DNA from: a virus
Taxonomy: Duplodnaviria; Caudoviricetes
IMG/VR virus record: IMGVR_UViG_3300021085_000163
Span: 1 to 28,037 of that record
Direction: 5' to 3' (one strand)
Length of the DNA: 28,037 bases
Part shown: in pieces, positions 9,717-19,578 of the stretch
Layout of the letters: each line of letters opens with the position of its first letter
How positions within the stretch are numbered: position 1 is the stretch's first letter
Notes under the pieces: model-generated
What the model saw: the letters and a program-made list of their open reading frames with translations, nothing else
Told to the model about the DNA's origin: nothing
The model's database searches: none
Program-made: the position numbers and the translations under genes

Positions 9717-12700
9717 CTATGCAGACTTTATGTATGCACTATATGTAATATTTGTTCTTTTTAACTCCCTTTTTTCAAATTCGGGAATGAATAGGTTAGA
9801 ATAGTAATCATTTAGGTCACCAATTCGTAAGCCTTCGGGTTTGGACTCTTCACTTAGAATATTTCCATACCCATCTTCTAATAATATATCATCCTCATCA
9901 GTTTCATCCTTTAAGTAATATGATATATCATATATTCTTTGTCCTGTAATGGTATTTAGGGATTTAAAGTTCGTTCCAAATGATGCAAATGTTGTAGAAG
10001 GTACAGAAGAGTCTGATGATTGTTCATCAATCATTGCACTATTGTCCTCAAATACAATTCTATCCCCATTTTCAAATAGAGTAAACTTATCATTTAAGTC
10101 GGGGTTCCTTTCTGATACAAAAAACTGTATCTCTTCTGTAGTTGTTGCAGTTTCTAATCTTAATAATGTCTCACCATCTTCAGATATTATTCTGTCTCCT
10201 GCTTCACCCTTAACTTCTGCAAATTCTCTTTCTTCAAACCTCATAAAGGATGGTTGTTCTTCAAGTTCTATCCTATTACCATCTTCCATTACTAAAACTT
10301 CTTCAGTTGGTTGATATAAATCTACAATTTTACCTTGGTCGGCTGCAACATACTTTCTATTATGATAATCTAACGTGTCTTGATTATCCATTAAGTTTAG
10401 AGAACCTATAGAACGAACAACACCTCTTGCATTTCCTATATTAAGTGAAGGTATAGATTTATTTACAATCTTCAGAATGTTCATATGACGACTTCTCATC
10501 ATAGAGTCACCATATTCTGTATTAGGTTCAGTTATTGCACCACCAGTTCTAGGGTCTGTATTATATACAGGTTGTCCTGCTTCGTCAAGCGTTAATAGAC
10601 CAATACCACCTTCAGGGCCTGTTGCAGTCATATCTGCATGTAGTAAATATGTTCTTAATGAATTTGCAAATGCATTTGTTACAGAAAGAACAGGTTCCAT
10701 TACCATAATAATTGTTGGTTGGAACTTAGAAGTTCTTGTCTGACCAGTAATTGTATTTTCTAATGCAACTTCACCAAAGAATATATGTCCTGCTGGATGT
10801 AGAAGGTCTTTAACTGTAGACCTATATTTGTTAATTGATTCTCCAACCTTAATAACGTATGAATGAGTTTGGTAATATCTACCATCTTGTATGTTAGATG
10901 CGGCTGCATTTACATGTCCCTTATCTGTTAGGAACTGTTCTTGCATTATACCCTCACCACCAAACTTACCTCTTGCATTATATGGGTTAGATTTCATAAC
11001 CTCAAATTGGTCGGTGTTTTGATATGTGACAACTTCGTCTATTAGGAAATGTCCATTTAAATTTGTATACTTTAGTATGTGTCTATCTGCATCATAGTCG
11101 ACAACTTCTGCAGTTGTACCTGATGCTTGACCTGTAATGGTCACACCTTTATTCAAGGTATTAGTTGGTGTGGTAATCAACATGGGGAATACAGATTTGT
11201 CTGATACTACGGAATCATATATGTAATCATTACCCTGTTCAATAAGGTTAATTGAGTTAACACCACCAATCTCATTTGAAAAACAGAATATCTTACCACC
11301 TGTTCCACTCGTAACTTTTACTAAAGTATTGGTACGTTGTGTTAAAGATGTTCCAGCATTGATTACTTCACCAGTAATAAATGCACCAGTATCAGTAGGT
11401 AATCGTTTAACTACTAGTCGTTTCTTATCAGTCTCTATTCTTAAAATAGTAGCAGTTGCATTAGATGTCTGACCAGTAACTACTTCATTAACTTGATAAC
11501 CTGATAGGTCATCCATATAGATATAACCGCCAGGGAATGCAGTAGGGACTGATTCGTAACCACCACCACTACTTAAAATTTTAACACTTCTGATATTACC
11601 AACAGTAGTTTCTAAGTTAATCTCTTGTCCGTCTTCGTATACTAACTGATTAAACTCTGTGTACATGTCGACTCTCTGACCAGCAGAAAGTGCATCAGTA
11701 AATACAACTCTATCGTTTTTGTGTGAATAGTCTCTTTCAGTATATGATGTGTTTGGTGTTTGTAATACATCATCAACAAATACTTTAAGTGTATTGTCAT
11801 TGAATATAATTAGATTTCCATTGTCATCTCTAACACCAGGCCCACCCACTAGGGTTTGACCTGCAGTTGCAGTAACTTCATAGTGACCAAATGTTGACCC
11901 ACCTTCTAGTAATACTTCATCTCCAACAGAACCGATTACCGCTTCTGCACCACCACCTGATGTTCCAGTGTTGTCAAATACAATTAAGTCTTCACCTTCA
12001 TAGTCTTGACCACCAGTCTCAATGAAAATTTCTGTAATACCACCCTTAGATAAACCGTCAACTCTTGCTTGACCTTCTGTTGCATTTGTGTTATCCTTAC
12101 TACCTGCAAAGAATAATTTATCATTGAATGAGTATAATGAACCTACGGAAGATTCTTCCAGTAGTAAACCACCACCTGTTTCTAATAATATGTCTCCACT
12201 ATCATTGTGTGATATGTAAGTAGAAGATGATTCGTCTGAAACCCCATTAACAACACCTAGTACAGTTCCAGTATATTCGGTAATACCATCACGGTCTATA
12301 AATGTTACGGTAGAGCCTTGAGTAAATTCTCCAATATGATTGTCTGTTATTTCTAATGAATACTTTCTATCCTCAACAGAATCTACAAATACATTTTCTA
12401 CGACTGATTCTGCTTGTACTTTTTTAGTTCCACTCTCAAACTGTATAACTCTGTCTGTTGCTTGTGGAGGTGCAGATAGAATTTGCACTCTCATCCTTCT
12501 TACTTGACTGTAATCAGACTGGTTTAGATATAGTGTTTCATTGTCGGGATATCTAATGGTTGCATCTTGACCATATAACAATCTCATTAAGAACTGTACA
12601 GACTCTGCAGTTCCTTTTGTCTGATATAAATCTTTAATGTGTTTTATAGTTAACCTTCGGTCAACTGTAGAACCTATATCCAAAGATGGTATAAAGTCGT

Positions 12701-13229
12701 TCTGAAAATACTGTAAGAATTCTTCAGATGTTTTATCGACATCAGAATAATCTAACAGTTTATTATTTGCAAGAACAGAGTTTTGTTTAAAACTTCCTAC
12801 AACACCTGTCTGTTTAGATTCTCTACCAGTAATCGTCTCTCCTTTTAAGAAACCATTTCCTGATATTGTTTCAACATAAATCTTATCACCAATTACAATA
12901 TCAATTTTTGCAACGGATTTAGATTTAGTACCAACAACAAACTCCCCTTTAGTAAATGGAGAAGCAAGTAAAGTTGGATTTAAAATTGATTGTTCTGTAA
13001 TAATTTTAGATGAAAAGGAAGTGTCGGATTCCAATAGTAGGTCTCCGACACCATCTTCCAAACTTAAATTATCAAGAACTGATTGCGAAGATAATGTGAT
13101 TATCTCCGACTCTAAGTATTCGAAATATGATTTTACAAATGCCTCAAGTGCAGGACTTTCCTCTCTTACAAATTCAGGTAAGAGACTTGGAAGTCTAGAA
13201 CTTAGACTATCTGTTGCATATTCCTTCAT
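9717..13229 (-). CDS. gp7: Baseplate wedge initiator gp7-like, 1170 aa
   Basis: LPEFVREE..F..SYFEYLE N-terminus, IKDLYQTKGT.ES..FLMRLLYG, IQDGRYYQTHSYVIK, KDLLHPAG..FFGE; located between gp6 and gp8. Confidence 0.8.
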   Translation of the reverse strand: MKEYATDSLSSRLPSLLPEFVREESPALEAFVKSYFEYLESEIITLSSQSVLDNLSLEDGVGDLLLESDTSFSSKIITEQSILNPTLLASPFTKGEFVVGTKSKSVAKIDIVIGDKIYVETISGNGFLKGETITGRESKQTGVVGSFKQNSVLANNKLLDYSDVDKTSEEFLQYFQNDFIPSLDIGSTVDRRLTIKHIKDLYQTKGTAESVQFLMRLLYGQDATIRYPDNETLYLNQSDYSQVRRMRVQILSAPPQATDRVIQFESGTKKVQAESVVENVFVDSVEDRKYSLEITDNHIGEFTQGSTVTFIDRDGITEYTGTVLGVVNGVSDESSSTYISHNDSGDILLETGGGLLLEESSVGSLYSFNDKLFFAGSKDNTNATEGQARVDGLSKGGITEIFIETGGQDYEGEDLIVFDNTGTSGGGAEAVIGSVGDEVLLEGGSTFGHYEVTATAGQTLVGGPGVRDDNGNLIIFNDNTLKVFVDDVLQTPNTSYTERDYSHKNDRVVFTDALSAGQRVDMYTEFNQLVYEDGQEINLETTVGNIRSVKILSSGGGYESVPTAFPGGYIYMDDLSGYQVNEVVTGQTSNATATILRIETDKKRLVVKRLPTDTGAFITGEVINAGTSLTQRTNTLVKVTSGTGGKIFCFSNEIGGVNSINLIEQGNDYIYDSVVSDKSVFPMLITTPTNTLNKGVTITGQASGTTAEVVDYDADRHILKYTNLNGHFLIDEVVTYQNTDQFEVMKSNPYNARGKFGGEGIMQEQFLTDKGHVNAAASNIQDGRYYQTHSYVIKVGESINKYRSTVKDLLHPAGHIFFGEVALENTITGQTRTSKFQPTIIMVMEPVLSVTNAFANSLRTYLLHADMTATGPEGGIGLLTLDEAGQPVYNTDPRTGGAITEPNTEYGDSMMRSRHMNILKIVNKSIPSLNIGNARGVVRSIGSLNLMDNQDTLDYHNRKYVAADQGKIVDLYQPTEEVLVMEDGNRIELEEQPSFMRFEEREFAEVKGEAGDRIISEDGETLLRLETATTTEEIQFFVSERNPDLNDKFTLFENGDRIVFEDNSAMIDEQSSDSSVPSTTFASFGTNFKSLNTITGQRIYDISYYLKDETDEDDILLEDGYGNILSEESKPEGLRIGDLNDYYSNLFIPEFEKRELKRTNITYSAYIKSA

Positions 13230-13237
13230 ATTCTATT

Positions 13238-13711
13238 TTACTGTACTGTTGCACCGAAAACAGAAATTGGGTACCATAAAGAACCGTCCCAAATACAAAT
13301 CACAGCTTCACCTTGTGAATCAAGTACTATTTCAGTACCTGAAGTTGATGAATAACCCCATGAATCAACATTTATATTTGCACTGTATGAACCTGCTGGT
13401 TCAGTTTTTGCATAAATGATTTTAATTTGACCAACGTCTGTTCCATCATCTAAAGTAAATGCAACTGAGCCACTAGCACCTGACAAGTCAATCGCTGATA
13501 CGAATGATGATGCAAGGTTTGCTGCTGTAGCAGTCAAAGTTGTAATATCATCTACTGCAAGGTGAGTAGGGATATTTTCAAACAATTGACCAATTGTCAT
13601 TTTCTTGTTGACGGGTGTTCCGCCTGGGTTGTCTACGATATGCAATAAATCATCAGCACCGATTTCTGAATCTGCGACTGCTGTTAAAGCACTTATTTTT
13701 TTATCTGCCAT
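13238..13711 (-). CDS. Small virion fibre-like/decoration protein, 157 aa
   Basis: MADKKISALT...DDLLHIVD...NKKMT is an N-terminal motif typical of phage fibre proteins; beta-rich C-terminal domain; TAGGAG RBS. Confidence 0.65.
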   Translation of the reverse strand: MADKKISALTAVADSEIGADDLLHIVDNPGGTPVNKKMTIGQLFENIPTHLAVDDITTLTATAANLASSFVSAIDLSGASGSVAFTLDDGTDVGQIKIIYAKTEPAGSYSANINVDSWGYSSTSGTEIVLDSQGEAVICIWDGSLWYPISVFGATVQ

Positions 13712-13741
13712 TTTAATTTTACTCCTATAAAATCCAAATTA

Positions 13742-13783
13742 ATGGGAAACTACTCGAGGGACTCTCGACCACTTTCTTCATAA
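13742..13783 (-). promoter_or_regulatory. Candidate structured RNA element in the gp6 to 157-aa gene spacer
   Basis: Minus-strand RNA GAAA-GUGG-UCGAG-AGUCC-CUCGA-GUAG-UUUC: two stems separated by a 4x4 purine-rich internal loop. Confidence 0.45.
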
Positions 13784-13786
13784 CAA

Positions 13787-15658
13787 TTAATAACTACTGG
13801 AAGAGGTTGATGTATAACCAACTCCAGCACTTGATTCACCACTTGCAATGGTGTCTATTTCACCTTTAACCACAATAGATTGTTGGTCGATATCAACTAG
13901 ATTACCTCTAGTTGCAACCACATCCAAACTATTAGGGATAACGGTAAAGTCAATCGTACTATCTACATTTACTAATGAAGTAAAGAAAATGGTATTGATT
14001 GAAATCTTTCCAGTTGAATAATCTACAGTACCTGCAGAATTATCTTGATAGATTCTTGTTGACCCCGATAGATAGTATCTTCTTAGATTACCATTACCGT
14101 CATCATCAAAATACTGTGTATTTATAGAATCACCTGAAACTTTAAAACCAGTAGTGGATACTATACCACCACTAGCCTTTGCATGACCTACATGTGGGTT
14201 GTAAAGTCCATTACCGAACTCAACAACTACACCTCTTGTAGTGTCTGTAAAAACTTTTTGAGATTTTTTCAATCTAATGTTTGTTGTATTAGATAGAATT
14301 GCATTGTTAGAACTGTCTATGAATTGTATCAATCTAGAGTGTCTAAAGATTGAATCAAAGTTACTTAGATTAGTATTATCAAACTCATTGATTGCATTTG
14401 TTACTACAGTCTCCATCTCACCTTGTGACAATGTTGTTTGGTTTGCATTGTACTTGAATGTAGTAGAGATTAATATTTTTATAATCTCGGGGTTTACAAT
14501 AGTAGGTCTAACAGTTAACATGTTAAGTGAATTTAACTTCTTAATAACATTACTTTTTTCTGTGTCTGATAAGTAATCAGAGTTTTTAGGTTTAAGAGCA
14601 ACAAATATCTTTCCATACTCGGGTGGATTGTTGTCTTCACCACCCCATACTGCAACTGCATCTGCATTCGGATAATACTCACTGACCTTTGCCTTGTAGT
14701 CATTCAGTGTGACTAGTCTGTTTTGTGAAGTATAGAACTTATTCGCTTTAAACTTGATAGAATCTATAGACTCTTTTTCTGCACCACCTTGAGCAACTGA
14801 AGTTGCAGTTATTTGTGCATTTGAAAATCCATTAATGTTGTTTAACATTGAAAATGTTCTAGCACCATTTGCATGGTTCTTATCTACTATAATATACGTT
14901 ATAGATATAATGTCACCATCTAATAGTTGTTTACCTAATACACCATCTCCAAAGTATATTTCTCTAAACCCATCTTCGTTTTCTTGTTCATAGAAAACCG
15001 TAGACTCTGTTGTTATTGTTGAGATATTAGTTGATAATGCATAGGTTGATGAAACACCATTTGAGTTTACACTTACTTGTAGTCTCGATTTATCAGCTCT
15101 GTTGTTAGTCAATACAAATTTAGGATTAGATAATTGTGAATCATATACGAAAGTATCACTTGCATATATTCCTTGAACTAAGTTTACCTGATTGTAAACA
15201 TAAGAATCACCATTTTGTGTTGGTTTTATTGTAGTTGGACATACAAAAGAATATGTTCTACCGTCAAAGGTAGTATTGAAAATAGAACCTCTACTTAAAG
15301 TCATTTCAGTAGTTGTCGGGTAAGTTCCATCAGGATTTCTCACATCACTAAGTGTAATATCTACAATTGCAGTTGAACCCGTTTCTGATTGAGGAACAAA
15401 TCCTAAATCCTTTGCACGAGACACTACGTTCTTTCTGATTTGAGCAGAATCTAAGAACAGTTCTGAAGCTGCAATGTTAGTATTAACTGCACCAATGTGT
15501 GAAGCATATGAAAGTAGGTCTATTAATATTGACATGTTTGAACCATCAAAGTCATAGTCTTTGAATTGGTCTTGACCTTTAAGATAATTTCTAAGGTTTA
15601 CTGATATATCATCAAAATCTAAATCGGTTATGTTTAATTGTGAACTTTTTATAGCCAT
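13787..15658 (-). CDS. gp6: Baseplate wedge subunit gp6
   Basis: LDFDDI...YLKGQDQFKDYDFDGSNMSILIDLL, FLDSAQIRKNVVSRAK.LG, YFGDGVLGK, QNRLVTLNDY, WGGEDNNPPEYGKIF; TAATG-coupled to gp25. Confidence 0.93.
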   Translation of the reverse strand: MAIKSSQLNITDLDFDDISVNLRNYLKGQDQFKDYDFDGSNMSILIDLLSYASHIGAVNTNIAASELFLDSAQIRKNVVSRAKDLGFVPQSETGSTAIVDITLSDVRNPDGTYPTTTEMTLSRGSIFNTTFDGRTYSFVCPTTIKPTQNGDSYVYNQVNLVQGIYASDTFVYDSQLSNPKFVLTNNRADKSRLQVSVNSNGVSSTYALSTNISTITTESTVFYEQENEDGFREIYFGDGVLGKQLLDGDIISITYIIVDKNHANGARTFSMLNNINGFSNAQITATSVAQGGAEKESIDSIKFKANKFYTSQNRLVTLNDYKAKVSEYYPNADAVAVWGGEDNNPPEYGKIFVALKPKNSDYLSDTEKSNVIKKLNSLNMLTVRPTIVNPEIIKILISTTFKYNANQTTLSQGEMETVVTNAINEFDNTNLSNFDSIFRHSRLIQFIDSSNNAILSNTTNIRLKKSQKVFTDTTRGVVVEFGNGLYNPHVGHAKASGGIVSTTGFKVSGDSINTQYFDDDGNGNLRRYYLSGSTRIYQDNSAGTVDYSTGKISINTIFFTSLVNVDSTIDFTVIPNSLDVVATRGNLVDIDQQSIVVKGEIDTIASGESSAGVGYTSTSSSSY

Positions 15659-16077
15659 TATCGTGTCCTTGTTAATACATATGAAAATTCTTCTATATTA
15701 ACACTGTTGATTACTCTAAAGTAAATTGTCATGTTTAGTTCATTACCGTCTACTTCGTTTATTGTTATTTTTACATTAGTCACTCTAGGTTCTAATATCT
15801 CTATAGTTTCTGCAATTTGTTTTGCAACCCTAGGTCTACCAAATAATGTAGTGTCTAATTCGAATAACATAGACCTTATGTTTACACCAAAATTTGGTTT
15901 GAATGGTCTTTCATATGCATTAGTTGATACTATATTTTTTATAGACCTTATAACTGCATCAACATCAGTGGTTCTTGTTACATCACCTGTAATTGGATGT
16001 GCCTTAAAAGAAAGGTTTAAGTCCGAGTAAATGTTCTCACTTGCGACTGTCTTTCCATTGTTAACATATTGTGCCAT
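15658..16077 (-). CDS. gp25: Baseplate wedge subunit gp25 (sheath initiator)
   Basis: YSDLNLSF..HPITGD, AVIRSIKNIV.T...ERPFKPNFG, EPRV motifs; immediately upstream of gp6. Confidence 0.93.
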   Translation of the reverse strand: MAQYVNNGKTVASENIYSDLNLSFKAHPITGDVTRTTDVDAVIRSIKNIVSTNAYERPFKPNFGVNIRSMLFELDTTLFGRPRVAKQIAETIEILEPRVTNVKITINEVDGNELNMTIYFRVINSVNIEEFSYVLTRTR

Positions 16078-16082
16078 AATAC

Positions 16083-16090
16083 TATTTATA
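16083..16090 (-). promoter_or_regulatory. T4-type late promoter TATAAATA, 5 nt before the gp25 ATG
   Basis: Minus strand reads TATAAATA-GTATT-ATG; the box contains the TAA stop of the upstream gene. Confidence 0.85.
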
Positions 16091-17168
16091 CGTTCTTGGG
16101 AAGTGAAATGTCAATTGATTGTGGAAAGCCTACAAGTTTTAGTAAATCACAAAATGTTAGATTTATGAAATCAAATATCTTACCAAGTCCTATTGCTTTA
16201 AAGAACTTTTCTACAATTTTAACCCAATCAAATAGTAGTTTCTTTTTCCAGTTAATTATAAAATCTCTAAAGTCTGAAATTATCTCATTGATTTTATCTT
16301 CTAGTGATTGTACAGTTAATTCAACCTTACTACCTATGATTGCAAGTATGTCAAACCCAGCAATTTTTAAACTTTCTAGTTTGTTTATAATATACTCTCT
16401 ATACTCTTTAGTCTTTTCCCCAAACTTTGCTTTTGCTTGTGCCTTCCATAGATTGATTAATGCACCCAAATCAAATGAAAAAAGAGCAGGTAGACTTGGT
16501 AGTTTTAATGCTTTCCATATATCTTTAAACTTACCTATAAGTTTATCAAATAACTTGAATATGGAGTTAGTCACCCAATCCATAATTTCACTTTTTAGAT
16601 ACTTCCATATAACTTTTGCTTTCCACTCATTACATTCTATTCCAAACTCACCGTCAAATAATTTATACTCATCAGGAATGAGTGCATAAAAGGTATCTAC
16701 CTTTGCACCGATTTGGATTTTTATATTTGTCTGTTCTTCTTTGGTTAAGATTTTAAGTACATCTATACTTATTCCTAAAAGAGTGACCGTGAATGACACT
16801 GGAATAATCTTACTAATCAATTCCATAATCTTTACTGGAATGTAGATATGAAACTCTTGTAATAGTTCTTCTATTGCTTCTCTGGCCTCTTTACCCCAAT
16901 TACGAACTGTTCCCTTATCCCAATAAGGAGAAGCGATATTTGCAAGTTTGTCCATGAAGTCTTCTACTTCTTTGATAATTTTTTCAATCTGTTCTCTTGC
17001 CTCTGCAGTTATCTCACTTGCATTCGTTACAAGATAAACTTTTAGTTGACTGGGTATATCTCCTATCTTTGCAATTGCATTGGCTAAGTCTGCCTTTGTT
17101 GGTAGATTGATTATAGTTCCATCAGGACATGGAAGACTTAGAGGTATTACTGGAAGTACAAGTGCCAT
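16086..17168 (-). CDS. Hypothetical amphipathic alpha-helical protein (360 aa) coupled to gp5
   Basis: Long ORF in the operon direction with a TAATG overlap with the gp5 stop; rich in Ile/Leu/Lys/Trp; no family recognised. Confidence 0.75.
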   Translation of the reverse strand: MALVLPVIPLSLPCPDGTIINLPTKADLANAIAKIGDIPSQLKVYLVTNASEITAEAREQIEKIIKEVEDFMDKLANIASPYWDKGTVRNWGKEAREAIEELLQEFHIYIPVKIMELISKIIPVSFTVTLLGISIDVLKILTKEEQTNIKIQIGAKVDTFYALIPDEYKLFDGEFGIECNEWKAKVIWKYLKSEIMDWVTNSIFKLFDKLIGKFKDIWKALKLPSLPALFSFDLGALINLWKAQAKAKFGEKTKEYREYIINKLESLKIAGFDILAIIGSKVELTVQSLEDKINEIISDFRDFIINWKKKLLFDWVKIVEKFFKAIGLGKIFDFINLTFCDLLKLVGFPQSIDISLPKNV

Positions 17169-18214
17169 TATGAGTTCAACTTAATTGTGCCACCATTGAT
17201 ACTTACTTCAGGTGCAACGACTGATAGGTTTCCTGCAGATTCTATATCTGTTTTTCCTCTGACTTCTATCTTTGCATCTCCTTCCACGAACACTTTACAA
17301 TTACCACCAACATACATTTCATTATCTTTGTATACAGCATACCAATTGTCGTTTACGATTCTAGTTACCTGACTTCCATCAGGATGTATTTCAAAGAAGG
17401 TTCCTGTTCTATGTTCCACTGCAATCCTTTCTGCATCTCTTGTATCGTCTACTTCTATTATGTGACCCGATTCAGATTCATAAACTTTGTTATATGGATA
17501 TTGTGGTGAAGGTATATCATGAAAACTGGAAGGTGGATTCATAACAGTAGAATTAAAATAAGTCTCCCTTCCTCCTAATTCTACGACACCAGCTTTCTCA
17601 TTATCACCACCTTTATCATATTCTATCTCACCTCTTGCATATTTTGATACATCTGATTCGTCTGTATATAAAGGATATAGTGGTAAATCTTTTTTAGTAA
17701 GTTTTGGATTTTCAAATGAAGACCCCTTTCCTGAATGGTTTAACTTTAATTTTTTTGGTTTGATAGGTGCAGTGTCTAATCCATTTTCTAGTCCAAAAGG
17801 TCTTTTAACTTCGGGTGGATTTTTACCGTCAACCGTTTTATCATAATCAGATTTAGTTAATCGTCTAGGGTCACTGAAACCTTCATCAGGAGTTCTTTTT
17901 TTAATCTTATCGTTTACATCTTTTCGATAACCTTCTGAAGGTATACCTGCAACAGAACCAATGATAATAAAGTCTTGCATATCAATATCATTTCTAAAAA
18001 ACCCTACAACTGTAGACCCTTCAACTAAACCATGTTGTGTTCCAAATCCTGAAAGACCTGCAGAGGTTGTTGGAAGTAATACTTGAGACCATGGAAGGTC
18101 GGGTGTTGCAATTAGTGATTTATTTTCAGTATGAATACCATAGATACGAACTCTCACTCTACCTATTTCAAGAGGGTCATTTCTATCTTCAACTATTCCG
18201 TAGTGATGTATCAT
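17168..18214 (-). CDS. gp5: Baseplate central spike gp5 (OB-fold plus short beta-helix, no lysozyme domain)
   Basis: GIVEDRNDPLEIGRVRVRIYGIH...DLPW OB-fold, YPYNKVYESESGHIIEVDDT..AERI...HRTGTF, C-terminal beta-helix repeats ending IKLNS. Confidence 0.92.
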   Translation of the reverse strand: MIHHYGIVEDRNDPLEIGRVRVRIYGIHTENKSLIATPDLPWSQVLLPTTSAGLSGFGTQHGLVEGSTVVGFFRNDIDMQDFIIIGSVAGIPSEGYRKDVNDKIKKRTPDEGFSDPRRLTKSDYDKTVDGKNPPEVKRPFGLENGLDTAPIKPKKLKLNHSGKGSSFENPKLTKKDLPLYPLYTDESDVSKYARGEIEYDKGGDNEKAGVVELGGRETYFNSTVMNPPSSFHDIPSPQYPYNKVYESESGHIIEVDDTRDAERIAVEHRTGTFFEIHPDGSQVTRIVNDNWYAVYKDNEMYVGGNCKVFVEGDAKIEVRGKTDIESAGNLSVVAPEVSINGGTIKLNS

Positions 18215-19578
18215 ATTGGTGATTGAAATTTACTTTCTTTTGAGCATTCTAAGTTAGTAGTACCTATGTGTGTAACATTATCTATATGAATTGAAACACC
18301 TGTAATTAAATATGTATTATCTTGTTTAACTTGGTCTTGCAGGCCAATAGATACTTCCCCCAATGGTAAGTCAAGACTTATCGAATTGCCAGCACTCAAA
18401 TCAGTTGTAAAAGGTACAACGACCTCTATTCTATTTTGATTTAATATCTCTATCAATGCATGTCTTTCCAATTTACTATTATCAGTATGTTTAACACCTA
18501 TAAAAACTTCTTCATCATCAACACTGTCTTTATTATCAAACATATGAGTTGTAGTATATTCATGAAGTATAGTAGCAGGTTGTTCTAACTTATGTGGTTT
18601 AGGAAGTGTACCCTCTTTTGTTATGAGAGGTGTTAGTGGACTTTCTTTTGCAAGAAAACTATTATTATCTCTAGAATCTTGTCTTCTTTGAGTAGTATCC
18701 TCAATATCATATTCTTTAATACTCTCTATTTTTCTAATAGGGTCATATATTTTTAATAGTGAGGCGTATGCACCAGTAGACAATCCACGAAGAGTGTCAA
18801 ACTCTTGTGGTTTATTTGAACTTAGTATAACTTTTCTACGTTCAAATTCAGGAGATTTTGGGTCTATTTGACCACGTCCAAGATGAGTAAACCCATCTTG
18901 TTCTGAATCATATAACATACTGTCCATAGATTTAAATCTATACTGACCAAAGAGGTCTTGATATAAAAACATTGAGTTCTTATATGACTCTTCCTTGATT
19001 GGATTACTATTGTTTACCAACCAATCTAATGTTTTATTAACAGACCAATTTGGTACAACAAATTGATGATTGTCACCTTGTGTTTCTTCAAATTCAGTAA
19101 ATAGAGGTATGAACATTGGGTCTCCACTAATTTCTTCAAAAAGGGTTTCAAGCATATCTTTATGGGAACCCCTAAGAGCTTGACTTATTCTTTCTTCTTT
19201 ACTTCTATACATCAATGGGTCACAAAAGTGCATAGTATATGTCTGAATTAAATCACCCTGTCTTATAAGGTTAGAAATTTTATATAATCTAAAAGTTCTC
19301 TGTATTTCTCTACCACCGCTTCTGTTATCGGGGTCATCCATTGAACAAGTGATTGTAATATTTTCTTGACCAGTTAACAATTTGTTCTTTATAAGATTAT
19401 TTGCATCAACTACAACCACATTTCCAGTAGTATGTTTACTGAATATACTTTCGTATATAGAAATTCTATCCACTAAATTTATTATATCAGTTTTTTCACT
19501 TTCATTACTACCATATTGAATAGTAACTTCTTGTAGATTGACCATTCCTACTTGGTCTCTGTCTTGTGTGTTCATCAT
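18211..19578 (-). CDS. Baseplate hub protein, gp27-like
   Basis: Lies between gp53 and gp5; ISIYESIFS...G...VVDANNLI...L.GQE pattern, ET......VVPNW, C-terminal YLITGVS beta strands. Confidence 0.65.
   Translation of the reverse strand: MMNTQDRDQVGMVNLQEVTIQYGSNESEKTDIINLVDRISIYESIFSKHTTGNVVVVDANNLIKNKLLTGQENITITCSMDDPDNRSGGREIQRTFRLYKISNLIRQGDLIQTYTMHFCDPLMYRSKEERISQALRGSHKDMLETLFEEISGDPMFIPLFTEFEETQGDNHQFVVPNWSVNKTLDWLVNNSNPIKEESYKNSMFLYQDLFGQYRFKSMDSMLYDSEQDGFTHLGRGQIDPKSPEFERRKVILSSNKPQEFDTLRGLSTGAYASLLKIYDPIRKIESIKEYDIEDTTQRRQDSRDNNSFLAKESPLTPLITKEGTLPKPHKLEQPATILHEYTTTHMFDNKDSVDDEEVFIGVKHTDNSKLERHALIEILNQNRIEVVVPFTTDLSAGNSISLDLPLGEVSIGLQDQVKQDNTYLITGVSIHIDNVTHIGTTNLECSKESKFQSPI

Noticed and set aside
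14119-14126. Intragenic TATAAATA in gp6 (minus strand), and another at 21142-21149 (plus strand, inside gp48)
   Set aside because: All-AT 8-mers are expected by chance at this composition; they lack the GTATT extension and are explained by coding sequence. Not excluded, but unsupported.
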